The position numbers and the translations under genes are program-made. Below, one piece after another: positions 28,675-43,360 of a DNA stretch of 64,000 nucleotides. The stretch covers positions 121,458,001 through 121,522,000 of the forward strand of contig OX597816.1 of assembly GCA_951406725.2 (NCBI GenBank), given 5' to 3'. Numbering within the stretch: the first letter of the stretch is position 1; each line of letters opens with the position of its first letter. Source of the stretch: Octopus vulgaris (Eukaryota). The notes under the pieces are model-generated. The model was given only the letters and a program-made list of their open reading frames with translations, had not been told where the DNA came from and did not search any database.

Positions 28675-28885
28675 AGTGTGTGTGTGTATGTATGTATGTA
28701 TATGTATGTATGTATGTATATATATATGTATATATGTATGTATGTATATATATGTATGTATATGTGTATATATATATATATATGCACATATGCATGTATA
28801 TATGTATGTATGTATATGTGTATATATATATATATGCACATATGCATGTATATATGTATGTATGTATATATATACATATATATAT

Positions 28886-28925
<40 letters not shown>

Positions 28926-28933
28926 TATATAAC

Positions 28934-28964
<31 letters not shown>

Positions 28965-29085
28965 CATATATATATACATATATATATATACATATATATA
29001 TACATATATATATACATATATATATATACATATATAAAATATATATATATATATATATATATAATAATACACACACATATATATA

Positions 29086-29129
<44 letters not shown>

Positions 29130-29136
29130 TATAAAC

Positions 29137-29167
<31 letters not shown>

Positions 29168-29183
29168 TATAAACATATATATA

Positions 29184-29243
<60 letters not shown>
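28675..29243. repeat. About 570-bp compound (TA)n/(TATG)n/(TACA)n microsatellite
   Basis: Direct reading. It accounts for six spurious Y/I/C/M-rich ORFs and has an internal duplicated unit tatatgcacatatgcatgtatatatgtatg. Confidence 0.95.
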
Positions 29244-29244
<1 letters not shown>

Positions 29245-32214
29245 TATGGACTTTCCTGTTATTAGATGATGGTTGAGAGCTCTACAATTTCATGCTGAAC
29301 AATCACACATAAGATTTGTTTGTTGTGATCAAATGCTTGTGTTTACATAAGCTCACACTCTCCATCAAATTGACATTGCCTGTATAAGTGCACGAGTGTG
29401 CCACATGTCAGATGTCAAAATGATTGCAGAGAAACATGAAATGAAGATTTTTGGTCTGGGAGTCATACCCATGGTCTAGTGATTATGAGTACAACACCCT
29501 AACCACTAGGAAAATCAGTGCTTATGACTCTTTTCAAGGCCTCCAAAAGTGATTGGAGGGAAGGAGGAAAGTATCTTCAAACCAGAGACTTGGCCCAGAT
29601 GTTTGCAACAGGAGAAACTCTACTTAAGGCACCTTTGGTTCCAAGTAGTGGTGATGTTAAGCCCATGGTGAGATTTTAAACTCAAAAGGCAAAAGAGACA
29701 GAGCAATCTTCTGAACCAACATTCTTACTGTGCCACCAGTCCACCACCCTGATTTGGTACTTTGTTATTGATCTTAGCAAAGAGTGTAAAGAGCCAGAAC
29801 AAATATTATGAGACATTCTATCTTGTGCTCTAAAGGGTCTGCAAATTCTCTGACAAGATGGCTTTAAGTTTTCCCAACATTATGGTAAAGAAACAAGGAT
29901 TAAATGAATGCAACCTCGGCTTTGTTTTCTCATTAATAAAGAGAGATGGGGAATTTTATTGGCTTTTTTTTTTTTTTTTTTTGAAGCTTGTATTTGTCAG
30001 TTCGGGACCTCTTTTCTTATACAATTAAATTACCACAACAGATAATTTGAACTTACACAAAACCATCTTCCTTCTTTTTCTCTCTTAGTTTTTATAAAGG
30101 TCTCAATATATTTGTTAAAGTAAGTTTCATTAATTAAAAGTCTCATTAATGGCATATTCCCCATTGAAAATAATCTTTTGAATGAAGTAAAATATTTTTT
30201 AGTCAATCAGCATTTTTTTCTTTATTATTAAAAATGTTTTTTTCTTCTTTTGTTTTTTAACAAATGACAATGGAGTTTTGTAGAGTACACTATGACACAA
30301 ATGTTTATAGTACATATCTATTTGTCCTTTTGGGATTTTTACATTTTTATAAGAGCTTCACATTTATCGGCTCCTCTTCCCATTTATCCCCTTATCTCAA
30401 GTGTCACCAGGTCACACTTTAATGCTCATCAGTCAGGCATATTCTTCTGTGTACATTCACCCAACATACATAATTTGAAGGCTTGTATAAAGTACTAGTA
30501 TATATCCTTAGTCTTGGATTTAATCAACAATGGTCTTTCTTTCTGCTTATTTCAAATGTCTTCTTTGCTACCACTTCAACCTATGGCTGATATGTGCTGT
30601 AATGTTTACTGATTGATCATCACATCGAAACTCTTTTCTGAATGAAATCAAACATTTCTTTGTTATCATTGCTCTTTTTTTTTACATTTTATTTACAGTT
30701 ACAATTTAATTGTTCAGATTTGATTATTTCAAATTTTTTATTTAATTTTTTATGGTTTATCTTTCTTAGAATAAATCAGTTTTTAGTTAATTTTCTTATA
30801 TCTAGTAACAATTATTACAGTAATCAGATGCATTTGCTGACAACTACATACATCTAAAAATATAAAGTAAAAGCTGGTAGTGTGTTGTCTCTTGCCCAGT
30901 GACTTAATTTTATTTTGACATTCTTACAAAATACTATTTGTTTCTTTCCTCACTTAATGCCCCAAAATTGGAAATAGGACCATAGCAACAAACTTGTTTT
31001 GCACGAAAGGATTAATCATCATCATTTAGCATCTACTTCCCCATACTTGCATGCATGGGTCAGGTGAGATATGTTGAATCAGAGTATTCTACAACTGAAT
31101 GCTCTTCCATATGCCAACCCCCACCTGTTTCAGAGTGAGGTAATAATCTCCAAGTCTATCAAACAGCAAACAGCCCAGATATGCATATGTGGAGAACTGG
31201 AAACAAATGACATCAAAATGAGCAATTATTTGTTTACAAATATCACACAATATGTCAAAAAGCCCAGACAAGCTTTTGTAGCAAATGGCCCATTAGCAAA
31301 GCCATTGTTTGAACCAAAGAACAAGCTTGTATGTAGACTTAAGAAATATAAACTCACACATATGCACCCATAAAACAGGCTGTTTTCAGTTTCAGACTAC
31401 CATATAATCTCTCAAGGGTTTGGTTGACTCAGGATTATAGTAAAAGACACTTGCCCATCAAGCCACATAATGGGACTGGTCCATTGGTTGAGAAGTGAAC
31501 TACTCAGCTACATAGTTGTGTGTATATGTGCATATGCATGTTGCAAGTTTAATAATAAACGCTCCTGAGAAATAATGTATAACCTCTTATACTTAGTTTC
31601 AGTAAATAAGAATACATTTATGGCTTTGCAATAAATGTTTGCTTTTAGATTTCTACTGTTATATCTTAATTAAAAATCTCACACACTACCACAAAGATGG
31701 ATAAATGTTATTAACATAATTTTTGTCGTTTAAAGCTTTTTCTTCATTTAATCTGCTTTCACTATTTTACCAAATATAGTCTGATAATGTTTAGAATGTT
31801 AACATAACTCAACAGTATACACTATACCATACAACATATGTGTATGTGCTGTATTTGTTTGTAAAATGGTTACAAATCACTATCAAATCAATGTTTGTTT
31901 TCCTTGGTTTTAAATGAATTATTCAGAGGGCAACATTCATGTTCTAACTACTATATAGTTACTGTCTGCAACTGCTCTATATGTAAACAATGTTGTTAAT
32001 GAATTAGTTGGAAGAAAATATTTTTAAAATATAAGAAATGAAGTAAGATTTTACTGCTAATGAAAGTTAGGGTGTTTTAGTTGTCTTAGACAGAAATGTT
32101 TAGCATAATAGAAATTGTTATTGCATGATTATTGTTTCCTTAGTTGAGAATAGATTTAATATATCGATTACTTCACATTTCTATGAAATAAATCAATATA
32201 ATCAAAATGATTAA

Positions 32215-32490
32215 AAGCATCCAGTCCACAATGTAACATAGCTGGCATTTGGAAGGGCATCCAGCTGTAAAAATCATGCCAAAACTAACCTCACCTGTGC
32301 TAGTGCCCCATAAAACGCACTGAGTCGACTCTGTGGAGTGGTTGGTGTTAGGAAGGGCATCCAGCCATAAAATCCCCACCAAAACAGACTCAGTAGCCTA
32401 GGGTAGTTTTTCTACTTGGCCGGCTCCTGTCAACCATCCTACCCATGCATGCATGGAAGATGGGCATTAAATGATGATGATGATGATATC
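32215..32490 (+). mobile_element. RTE-type 3' tail / RTE-related SINE
   Basis: ggagtggttggtgttaggaagggcatccagc...cctacccatgcatgcatggaagatgggcattaaa(tga)n. The same tail occurs at 14831-15139, 45329-45500(-), 50420-50640 and 51980-52330(-). Confidence 0.75.
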
Positions 32491-33073
32491 TATTATACAG
32501 AATAAGGATTGTGTGCTGAGAAAGAAAAAATATTGTTTAGTCTCACTGAGTTCAAATCCAGTTGAAGTTGACTTTGCATTTCATATCTCCGACATTGATG
32601 AAAGTACCAGTAATATGTTGGTTCAGCTCAAAGGATAGTCTATTCATCTTTTTTACAAGTGGAGAGAGACACTCTATTACCTCAATACTTCAAAGGAATG
32701 GGTAAGGAAGAGTCTCTCCCATTTACAACAAAGTAAAATAGATGGACCAATCAAATTGAAAGAAACGAAGATTCCAGATTTCTGGCCATCATTTGCTGTG
32801 ATTTTCTGAAGTGTGCTATCAATCACCATTGTCTTAACTTGAACTGATTGTATATTTTGCATAGTTTTATAAATATACATGCACTTAATCATGACAGGAA
32901 CAAAAAATGAGGAGGGGGCTATAAATCGAGATGTAAAAAATAAATTTCTAAACATTGGAATCAGTATTATGGAATACAGAATTTATCATACTTGATTGTA
33001 CTGTATGGAAGGGGGATAATCCTTAAGTCAGAATATTGTCTGAAATTACAGAAACTGTTGCTGATAGACAGAT

Positions 33074-33109
<36 letters not shown>

Positions 33110-33719
33110 GTTTTTTTCCTAGCTTTTTCTTTTTTTCATTCTTCCTAGATATTCAGTTTAACCTTGTTTCTTTTAGATGATATTCAATTACCTTATTAGA
33201 ATATCTTTCATATTCTAGCACCCACCTCTCTCATAATGATTATCTAAAGTCATGTTTAACAGTGTTATTAATCTTAACATAGTGAAAATCATTGCCATCA
33301 TCAGTATGGTACGTAGTAACCAATAACTTTCCTGCTAGGAGCCAAATCCACCTTTTTTACACTCAAGTTTCCTTAAATTTGTATGATATATCTGGCAGAT
33401 GTAGCTTAACGTTTCTTCAATATTACTTTGTACTGACAAAACAATTACTATTTTTTGTTTACCCTTATTTTGCAATGAGGTTTTGGGGAATTTGTCATAG
33501 GATACTATTTAAGTAATATGTTTTACTTTTATGTTAGTTTCAGTATATTTACTTGGTTTAATTGCTGCTTCTTGTTGACAATGACTAAATTTTTATTTAT
33601 CATCCAATCCAGTGTGGGAATTATATGATAATTAGTGAACTGTGACAAAAAAACAAAACTGACTCCAATCATATTTCCTAAAGAAATTAATAGTGTTATC
33701 TTCCTGAATTTCTAACTAG

Positions 33720-33829
33720 GGCACAAAATGCAAAGTCCAGGTGACTTTGGCAACATGGACATTGGGAATGTTGGAGACAGTGGTGAAAACACAAATATGG
33801 ATAGCGATGATTTGGTTCCAAGTTTACAA
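33720..33829 (+). CDS. YAP1: YAP/Yorkie exon in the activation domain
   Basis: ctaactag acceptor and gtaagt donor at 33830, phase 1/0. Reads (G)HKMQSPGDFGNMDIGNVGDSGENTNMDSDDLVPSLQ; compare YAP EELMPSLQ. Confidence 0.92.
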
Positions 33830-34539
33830 GTAAGTTCAATTTTATGTTTGATTTTATGCTTTCCTATGAATTCCCAATCCATTTTTATTAGATTTTGTTG
33901 ATGTATGTATCTAAATATTTCTAGGCAAGACATGAAATTCTAAATCTTCAAAGAATAGGTATCAGGTCTTCTAAATATATTCTCAGAAAGACTTGCCTTA
34001 TTTCTTCCTTGTTCACCTAACTCCTAGTTAAGGCATTGTGTCACAGACATGTATAGCCATGTAGGACACAAAACACATATACAAGACTGAAATATTTTGT
34101 AATCCTTAAAGGGTCACATTTTCATGTATTATTTTTAAGGTACATTTAACATTGTGGCCTCTCCAGAGTGGTACCTACAGACATTAATTGAAGGTGTGAG
34201 AAGCGAGGAAATTGAAATGAATCATTCTTGGAGACAGTTGTGTTGTGGGATTATGCATACTTAGTGTCATGATTAGAGAACTTACTACCACTTTAAGTTG
34301 CTGACATTCTAATGTGCAAAACTTCCAAAGCATTATGTTGATGTTAATCCTCCAAAAGTGTTTATGAAAGAACTGAGAAAATGCTGTGTGTGTATATTCA
34401 TTTTCCATTGAGGTATTCTACCTTTTTTTGAGAATGGATACATAATATGAGCTGATGAAGTTTATTATTTAAGCAATGGCTCAGTACATGATCCTTTATG
34501 TTGTAATAAGCCCAACCAATGAGCCCTTTCATTTATTAT

Positions 34540-34770
34540 TTAACCTTTTTTCATATCAAACTGCTTGGGACCACCCTTGGTTATTTGATACAAAACTTTC
34601 TATTTTAAAGTGATCTAAAATTAAAACTTTCCATCAAAATTTCATGTTAATTTGTGTTTCAAACACCAGCTTAATAATGGCAAAGTTATTTCACTACATA
34701 CTTTATTATTTCCAAATTAGTTAAAACAAAGACTAATTTTCAGCAGAAATATGGTGACAAAAGGATTAAT
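34540..34770. mobile_element. TTAA-flanked MITE family (copies also at about 23530-23750 and, reversed, about 4740-4930)
   Basis: ttaacctttt...aaaaggattaa ends, with shared internal ttttaaagtgatctaaa.t.aaa.cttccatcaaa..ttcatgtt. Confidence 0.65.
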
Positions 34771-36066
34771 TATAATTATGCCTGTTGTTGAAATATTTTT
34801 TCTTGGAAATTAGTACAAGAGGAATAAAATCTTGTTTCATAAATGAATGTGATAATTAAGAAGGTAGTTTAAGTTATTATTTACTTGCACAAGCAGAAAT
34901 TTACTCAGGTCAAACTTATCTAACAACAAGTGCTTTTTTGTTTTATTACATATTTGTAGATTTTTTTAGATGCTTGTAGAAAATCCCTAAGTGAAAAATG
35001 TTCAGATTTTATGATAGATTTCAGGAAGTAAACTGTATTTTAAAGAATTAATTAAATACAGTATAGTTCTTTTTCCTTTAATAAATACTAAAATATAACT
35101 ACTCAGTTATCTAAATGACATGTCAGTGTTTTAGCCAAATACAAAGATAGTAAAACTAACAGAGCAACTTGATGGAGAAACAGAGAGAGAGAGAAGAGGA
35201 TACACCGCCAATTAGATAAGAAGGTAGACTTATGAAGAAAAATGAACTAGAGAAATTTGTAGTTAATGATGATATGTTATATAACAGTTCCTACGTGAAG
35301 ACTAAATTATCTTATCATGAAGCACTGATATAAATAACTAAGTCAGAGCCCTGATAATATATGTAAAAGTATTACCATGAAATGCTGTCTCCATTGCTAT
35401 GTGCAATAGACAACTCATTATCACTTATGCACATATAAAACTATAGATACCACTTATAATATAGAAAGCAGGATATTTATTTTTTAAGCAATGGTGGGAT
35501 CCTGGTTTAATACATACTATGGCTAACACTGTGTCTAATTGATGCTATCATAATGTACAGAAATTACGTTGAATAATTTGTATTAACAAAACTGTCTTGA
35601 ACTACTCTTCATGTAAATTTAAACTCTAAAACCAAGAGAAAAATTTTGATGATCCACTGCAGATTCAAATAAAGAGCACGAAATTTTAAATATTTCCATT
35701 TAAAATCATGAATTAGGAATAAAAGACAGGAATTCAAGTGTTTTATCTCTCACTTCCCTGTCATTTTCCCCCTTTCTTTCCCTTTCTCTGTTTGTAACTC
35801 CTTAGCCTCTCCTCCTCCCTCCTCTCCTCTCTCTCTCTCTCTCTCTTTCACACACTTGCTTTAGTTATTTTACTGCATATAAGATAGATATTTTCAGTTT
35901 CACTAAGGTTCATATGTGATAGACTTTGGCTTAATTTAGCAAATTTATATTTAGTTCTTTTGACAAAATATAAACAAAGATGTTTAGATTTTAATTTTTA
36001 AATGCTTTTTAACCGTAATTTTTTGAAAAATTTTTCATCTTTGCTTTTTTTATTTTTTTCTTGCAG

Positions 36067-36147
36067 GAAGATATCACAACTGAACTGTTAAATGATGTTG
36101 AGACTGTATTGAGTAATTCTAAAGTAGATGGTCTGTTATGGTTGTGA
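36067..36147 (+). CDS. YAP1: YAP/Yorkie last coding exon with C-terminal PDZ-binding-type motif and stop
   Basis: Long T tract plus ttgcag acceptor. Reads EDITTELLNDVETVLSNSKVDGLLWL* (TGA 36145-36147); compare YAP EALSSDILNDMESVL...FLTWL*. Confidence 0.95.
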   Translation, partial: EDITTELLNDVETVLSNSKVDGLLWL

Positions 36148-37701
36148 AAATAAAGGGAACCAGAAAATAGTGGCAGTACCGCTATCAAACATAGATATAT
36201 AAACATATATATATATGTGTGTGTATATAAAACACAGAACTCTTGGATTTGGCAGAGTATGGAAAACTGCCACACCAAATAGAGCCACTGGATAAATGGC
36301 AGAAAACAAGGAATCATTATTGTTAACCGACTCAAATTTGGATGTAAAGGGGGACATTACAATTGAACTAAGTGCTATGGTACACAATTTATCTAGAGAA
36401 ACATAACTTTATACAAACACATACACGTACACAAGAAGGTCACAAAGCATAAAATATATATATGATGATATCTGTGTATATATTCAAGCAGATGCATCAA
36501 GACAGACTTCTATAGACTCACATGTTTGGTTGTCAATAGAGAAGAGTTTCTCTCTATTACAGCTCATGGTTTAATTATCCATCTGTGGTAATCTAAAAAT
36601 AATATATTGTGTTATATACAAAACCAAACCAAATAATGTGTATTTCACAATTCTTTTATATATATATATAATTATACATATATTTTAAATTTCAGGGAAA
36701 AGCTAGAAAGAGTGAATATTTTCTTTTTTTTTTTTTTTCCTCCCCAACATTTTTCCCCCCCTCTATTATTTTAACTATATATAACTCTGGTAGTTAGTAT
36801 GTGAAAACAATGTTGGAAAAGTTGATATATCTATCTCTCTAGATGATTTGAGCGATTAAAAACTAACTGAAAAATAAACAGAAAACATGCACTACAAAAC
36901 AATTAAAAAGAAAAACACTAAAACAGCATTTAATGAAACCAAATCAGAGATATATGGATATATAAATATACATATATATATATATAAATATATATATATA
37001 TGAAAATCAGTCTTCCTATTCCTTACAGACAACTGTCATTTGTAGTTGAATATATATCAAATATTAGGCATGTATATACTATTGTTTCAGTTCCTCAAAT
37101 TATCTTTCCATGCACCATCTTTCAAAGTAAAAAAAGAAAACCATATCGGTTAGTGTTAGTTTATATTATAAGTAATGTTGAATCTTAAGGTAGAATATCA
37201 CTGCGAGCAAATATTTGAATTTAGTCACTCTTTTTAAAATCACTGTAGGCTTTTCTGAGTCTCTTATAATGGATTAATAAAACTTCTATACTGAAATTTA
37301 AAACGTCAACAAAAAGTAAAAAAAATTTCAAAAATAAATAAAAAGAAACTTCTAAAAACATAGGAATAAGTGTATGTGCATATATAAATACACCTATGTA
37401 TGTAACTGCATGTATGTGAATATACGCATATATATATGTATAAGCATACATAGTGTTTACATGGATAGCTCTCACATTTTATACTAAAATGTAAAAATGT
37501 ATTCTAATTTTTTTATTTTTTACCAAAGTATGAAAAAAAAGGCATACAAAAATACAAAGATTATTATTTTATATATGATTTCTAGGCAGTTATCATTTAG
37601 TGCTATGTTGCTCTCGACTCTTCTACTGTGTGGAAGGAAAACATGACGGGTGGTTAGGGTTAAACAATCGTATCTCATTATCTAAAGCTTCTACATATAC
37701 G

Positions 37702-37741
<40 letters not shown>

Positions 37742-39314
37742 AGCCTTTTCATTTTTCCCAAGGCATATATGTCTTATATATAGACTTTCATGCACATTTA
37801 AATTATTTATTATAGAGATGAAAGCAATAAATGTCATGTGAAGGATATTTCAACTAATTGCAGGGTCAGACTGCATTAGTTTAAAAAACAAGATACTAAA
37901 AAGTTGGTAAAAATAAATGTAATAAAAGATTAACTATAGGCTCTATCAGTTATAACATTAAGATCTGAAGTCTTTCCTATATATCATTAAACAATGTAAT
38001 TATTATATCTTTAGAATCATTGTTCAACTACTCTCAACAAACTAATTGGTATTTAATCCTACATGGCCAAGTTATTTAAAATTCTTAATCTACAATAGGT
38101 CTTCGGGGAAAGAAGGGATGTTATTTAACCCATGACAACCTTGACAGTGTTGTTTAGTACACAGTTTGTTCTTTACTCAGCATGGTTTGTTGAGTTCTCT
38201 ATGTTTTTTTTTTTTACCTATATGTTAATTTACAGATTTTGCCAGGATCAGTTTATCTTCATATCCTTTAAAATATATATATATATATATTTTTTTGATC
38301 AAGTGGCAATTTTTTTTTTATTTATTTAATAAACATTAAATGCTTTAGTACTTAATCATCAACGTTAACTGCCTCAAGTAATTTTACTATGTCTTCTTAC
38401 TGAAAATTCTCGAGATGCATTGTTTTTGAAATTTACCTTGAGATTAAGCAATGCTTATTTCACAGCATTGCAAGCAATTATTAATTAACCTAGTTGATAA
38501 ATTTCTTCAACCTTTTAAATTGCAACCTTTTTTTTTATATATATATAAAAAATTACCTAGATGAATCTCATATCTCCAGTAATTTTATATAAAAAAATTC
38601 TGGTGCTGTTTCTTTAATGAAACCTGAAATGATTCTTTGTGTATTTTTTCTAATGAAGCTATTATACACTCTATTATATTTTTAACTAACAGTAGAAGTC
38701 AAACTGTGAAAAGTGATATAAAATTAAGAACAACAACCACAGGACAACATCATGAGCATGTTTAAAGATATATTTACATATTAGGAACTGGTCATTTCTT
38801 TCACATACATGTATATATTTTTAATTAGACAAATAATAATTATCTATTTTTTACTCAGAATATCTATCTATGCTCTTGTTGCTATATATCATTAATCAAC
38901 TTCTTGAAGAAAAAAATTATTATGTAGTCATCTTACTTTTCACAGTTGAGATGAAATTCTCTTTGCTTTTTTTTTTTTTTTTTCTTGTTTTGTTTTAAAC
39001 ATCTACTATTTCCTCCCAAATTTAACACTCCTATCACTTCGGAAACATCTTATTACTTCTATTCAGTAAATCTATACTTTATATCCATCATTAAATTAAA
39101 ATTTAAGATAACAATGAATATAAAATAAATTCCAATAATGAGAATTGACACTTTTTTTTCTAATAGGTTTTACAAAATTGACCCTGAACAAAATATCACA
39201 CTTTAAAACACACATAAAACTCACTTACCCCCCATTTCCCCCGCCCCATCAAATGCCATATGCCTCAAAAAAAAATTGAAAATTTGAAGAAAAAAATTTA
39301 AAAAGAGGTGGCAC

Positions 39315-39372
<58 letters not shown>

Positions 39373-42300
39373 GTATCCAAAAATTGAAAAAAAAATATAT
39401 ATATATACTTGTATATAAATAAAAAAAATTAAAAGAAAAAGAATTCCACAAAGAAGCCATTGCTCTGAAAAGTTGAAGTTAAGATTTTAATAATAAAAAA
39501 GTACTAAAAAACACAAAAAACTACTTTATTTTCGTACAAAGAAAAATCAACTGTCTCCAACTATTTTATAGTTATTTGTTACTGAATCTGCCCTTATAAA
39601 GAAAGAAACATTCCAGAATGTCCATTTTGCTGTCATTTAGACAACATATAGTGCCATAGATAAGTTGCAGAATGAAAAACTTAACAGCACAACAGAAGAA
39701 TGTTTTCTTTCACAACTTTTACTCTTAGAAAGAATTAAATTACTAGAAAGAACAATGTCTTAAGATTTGAAAATATGAAGAAATTTTTTAAAGTAAAAGT
39801 TAACTATATGCTGTGAACTCTTGAAATGGGTTTAAATTTCTATAGAATAAATACATTTATATAAGATACACACATAGGATACGCACACCCATAAACATAT
39901 ATAACATGTTGGTGGGTGGTTGTAAAATAAAACTTCTCCATCATCTCTGGAGTACATATTCAAAATGTATACTTTTTCACTACACCTATATATTAAAAGA
40001 AAACCTATGTGCTTTTATGAATGCAGATAGACATATGTAATTATCAAGTTTGTCACAGCTCACATTTAAATTCTACACTTCCACCTTCATTATTTTTTTT
40101 TTTTCTTTATAATTTGTGGTGGCAATTGTGTGTGTGGATTTTTTTCCTCTTCTTACAATGACATAGAACTCACAGACTTGACTAAGGACTGCTGTATTAT
40201 AAAGAGGTTTCTTTCCTCTGTAGAGGAAGCGAGAGTCTGTGCAACATATTTTTGTAATGAAATTTTTTACACATGAAAAAAAATAAATAAATAAAAAAAA
40301 ATGAGAAAAAATAACAATGTATAACTAACTGCTTTAGTGATTCTGTTGTTGTCAATCTACTCAAACCTTACTTCAATTGGTGACTTTTGTAATTATGCTC
40401 ACCTCCGCACTGATGAAATGTAACCTTGAAGAATCCCTGTTGAAACATATCTAAGCCAAAGCCCCACTTTTATTTCTCCTCATACATCTCATTCTGAGAT
40501 TAGTGTTTTATATATTTATATATATCTTCCACTGCCTTAGAACTGTCTTTTAATTCATCTGGACAGTTGCCTTTTTTTTAATTCCATAAAATATTGTTAT
40601 ATTTTTTACATTTTTACAGTAAAAACAAAAAAAAATGAACAAAAGTCCCCTTTTATATTTGTATAAAAAACCAATTAACTACAATCAGTGAACTGGAATT
40701 TTTATCCCCCTTTCTTATAAAATATTCAATGCATTGAAAACTACAAAACAAAAGAAAAAACTTAAATATGTATATATAATGAGTCCCTTTGTCCCAAACC
40801 TAGTTAGTTGAGTTCCAGGACTGGTAATTAACATGTTGAATTAACTCCTTAATGCCGAGCAGTAACTTTCCATTTGACAGTGCTATTCACTCTAAGTTAA
40901 AAGTTGTTCATTTTGGCTGATATTTCTCTCTTTACTTAAAATAATTAGTACTTTTATCTCCTGTATGTTTTGGAGATTATTTTTGTCATTTTGGTAAACA
41001 TAGTAGGCACTCAAAAAATGGCCCATGTTTCTCTCTTGTTAGATTTCTGTGCTAAGCTTTACCACAGATAACATTTGTAGTAACTGACTGCCAAATGATG
41101 AAAGCCCAATGTGAATGTGCTATAAACATTTGACCTACTCTTTACAGCAACACTGACTCCATTTTATTTGAATATAATATATTAGCTCCAAAGAAGAGGG
41201 AGTTTTATCTTTAAATCTTCTATTAATTCAGGCAATAAATATTGTTTTGTTATCTCTTCCCGTTTAAAACATTGACTTTTTTTAAAAGTATATACCTCTT
41301 TCTTTGTAAAGTTTGGTCTTCCTCTTTGAAAAAACAGCATTTTACAAAGACGCTAAAGTATCTGTCATTCTTCTCTCACTCTGATTTTTGCAACAACAGC
41401 CTTTGTTTCATATAAGGCTACACTTAGTTAGTCTTCGTTCTCTTTTAGCTTGCCTTCAACTGTTGTGCCTTTCCTTAAGACTAACTTCTCTCAGCACTTC
41501 CAGTGAAAATTATTTCTTAACAAATGAACATGTGTGCTAATAATGGGAACTTGCCATTATTTTATTTATTCATAGAATTGTTTTAAATTCTCAGATTTAT
41601 TTTTATCAGACAGGATAAGGGACTTATTGAAAAGTTTCAAGTTATTTTTCAATACATGAACTATTTCATACCAACTAAATCACAAAGCACATTTGTAAGC
41701 AGATATTGCCTTAATCTTTGACATTTTAAAACATTCCCTGAGTTTGTGATGTGTGTGTGTGTGTGTGTGTGCACGTGTGTGGGTCAGTATACTTATAGAA
41801 ATTCATACAGTTCTTCCATGGAATGGGTAGACTTGCCTGATTACCTACACATAAAACTTGTAATGAATTACACTTCAAAATTTTAATGTATTGGATCATT
41901 TGATTGAAAATAGTTTGACCTGTCCTTCCCTCTCATAACTTCCCACTTTAAACACCAAATCGAAGCTGCTCTATGTTTCAGATCTTGTACTTCTTTTGAC
42001 GAACCAGATAGAGTTGTCAAAAAGATAAATGCCTTCTTCTCAAGTTCAAGAGCGGATCGTTATAGCATTGAATGAAATAAATGCTGTATGACATTTTTAG
42101 TTACAGCCCTTTACATTCTGAGTTCAATTCCCACCAAAGAAGCCTTTACTTTACAGTCCTTGTAGTATCTATAAAGTGCTAGTTAGGTACTAGGGTCAAT
42201 TTAATCGACTAGCCTGTCCTCCCACAAAATGCATTTAGATTTGTGCCTACATAAGAAATTATTATATTCTTTTCCTCCAAAGAAGTTTTAAATATTACAA

Positions 42301-42750
42301 TGGCTTTCTTTAGCTGGAAGACAGGTATACATACACACTACAATCCTTACATCCCTCAGTCACCAGTTTGTTCATTTGTGTGATATTGAGCTAACCACAA
42401 CTTTTTTCTATTTTTCTATTTGAACCATTTTTAACCTTTCAAAGTATACCTGATATTTCTGCTATATTTCTTACATATCCAGTCTACCTTGTTCAAGATA
42501 TTATTTCAAAATTCTGTTGTGTCACTGCAAAATCATGATTATTGTAATGACTGATGGTTGTGAGAGGTCTTTTTTAAATACAAATACATACATAGAGGAC
42601 TATGCAAAGATATTAATAGACCATGACCAGATGTAAAATGTAGGCCCCGTAATTAGGTCCAGGCTAGTGTGAAATGTAGCTCTCATCTCATAGTACTGAA
42701 CAAATATCTTAGTTGTTTGTACTACATATATATGTGTATGTATATTCAAC

Positions 42751-42784
<34 letters not shown>

Positions 42785-42806
42785 ATGCATACATATATGT
42801 ATATGC

Positions 42807-42864
<58 letters not shown>

Positions 42865-43290
42865 ATGTATGTATATATGAGTGAATAGACAAACAAAAGA
42901 AAAGAGTACTTAACACATTTAGTAGGAGTTACATGTAGTATTTAAAAGAGATTCAGTAATCTGAGCCTGAAAGAGAATGGTTTCTGTTAGAGGCCCATGA
43001 AACAAAGTCAGAGGGAGCTGAATCAAACTGTTTTATATATAAATATATATACAATTTCTGTATGAGTTATAGGCATAAATATATATATATAACTGTATAT
43101 GTATAGTGTATATGATACATCTACAAGTAACAGAACAGAATAAAAGAACTAGCATAGTTTATAAAAAGAGGAAATTCTTTACCAAAGGATCCTCCCTTAC
43201 TTAGTGGGAGAAGGTTCTTTCAAAATCATAGGCCCATAACAACTGGCTCATCTGGAAAAGCTCTAAGCAAAGACCTGGATTATGTATGTA

Positions 43291-43360
<70 letters not shown>

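Noticed and set aside
28658-29176. Long Y/I/C/M-rich ORFs (also most other ORF-track entries, e.g. 42600, 50625, 52399, 54524, 56315)
   Set aside because: These are translations of (TA)n, (CA)n, (CT)n and (GATA)n microsatellites or SINEs, with no domain signal or splice support.
37640-37670. Minus-strand TAACCCTAAC resembling a telomerase RNA template
   Set aside because: A similar word occurs at about 5443 and in SINE heads. No pseudoknot or H/ACA domain is visible, and it lies in the probable YAP UTR.
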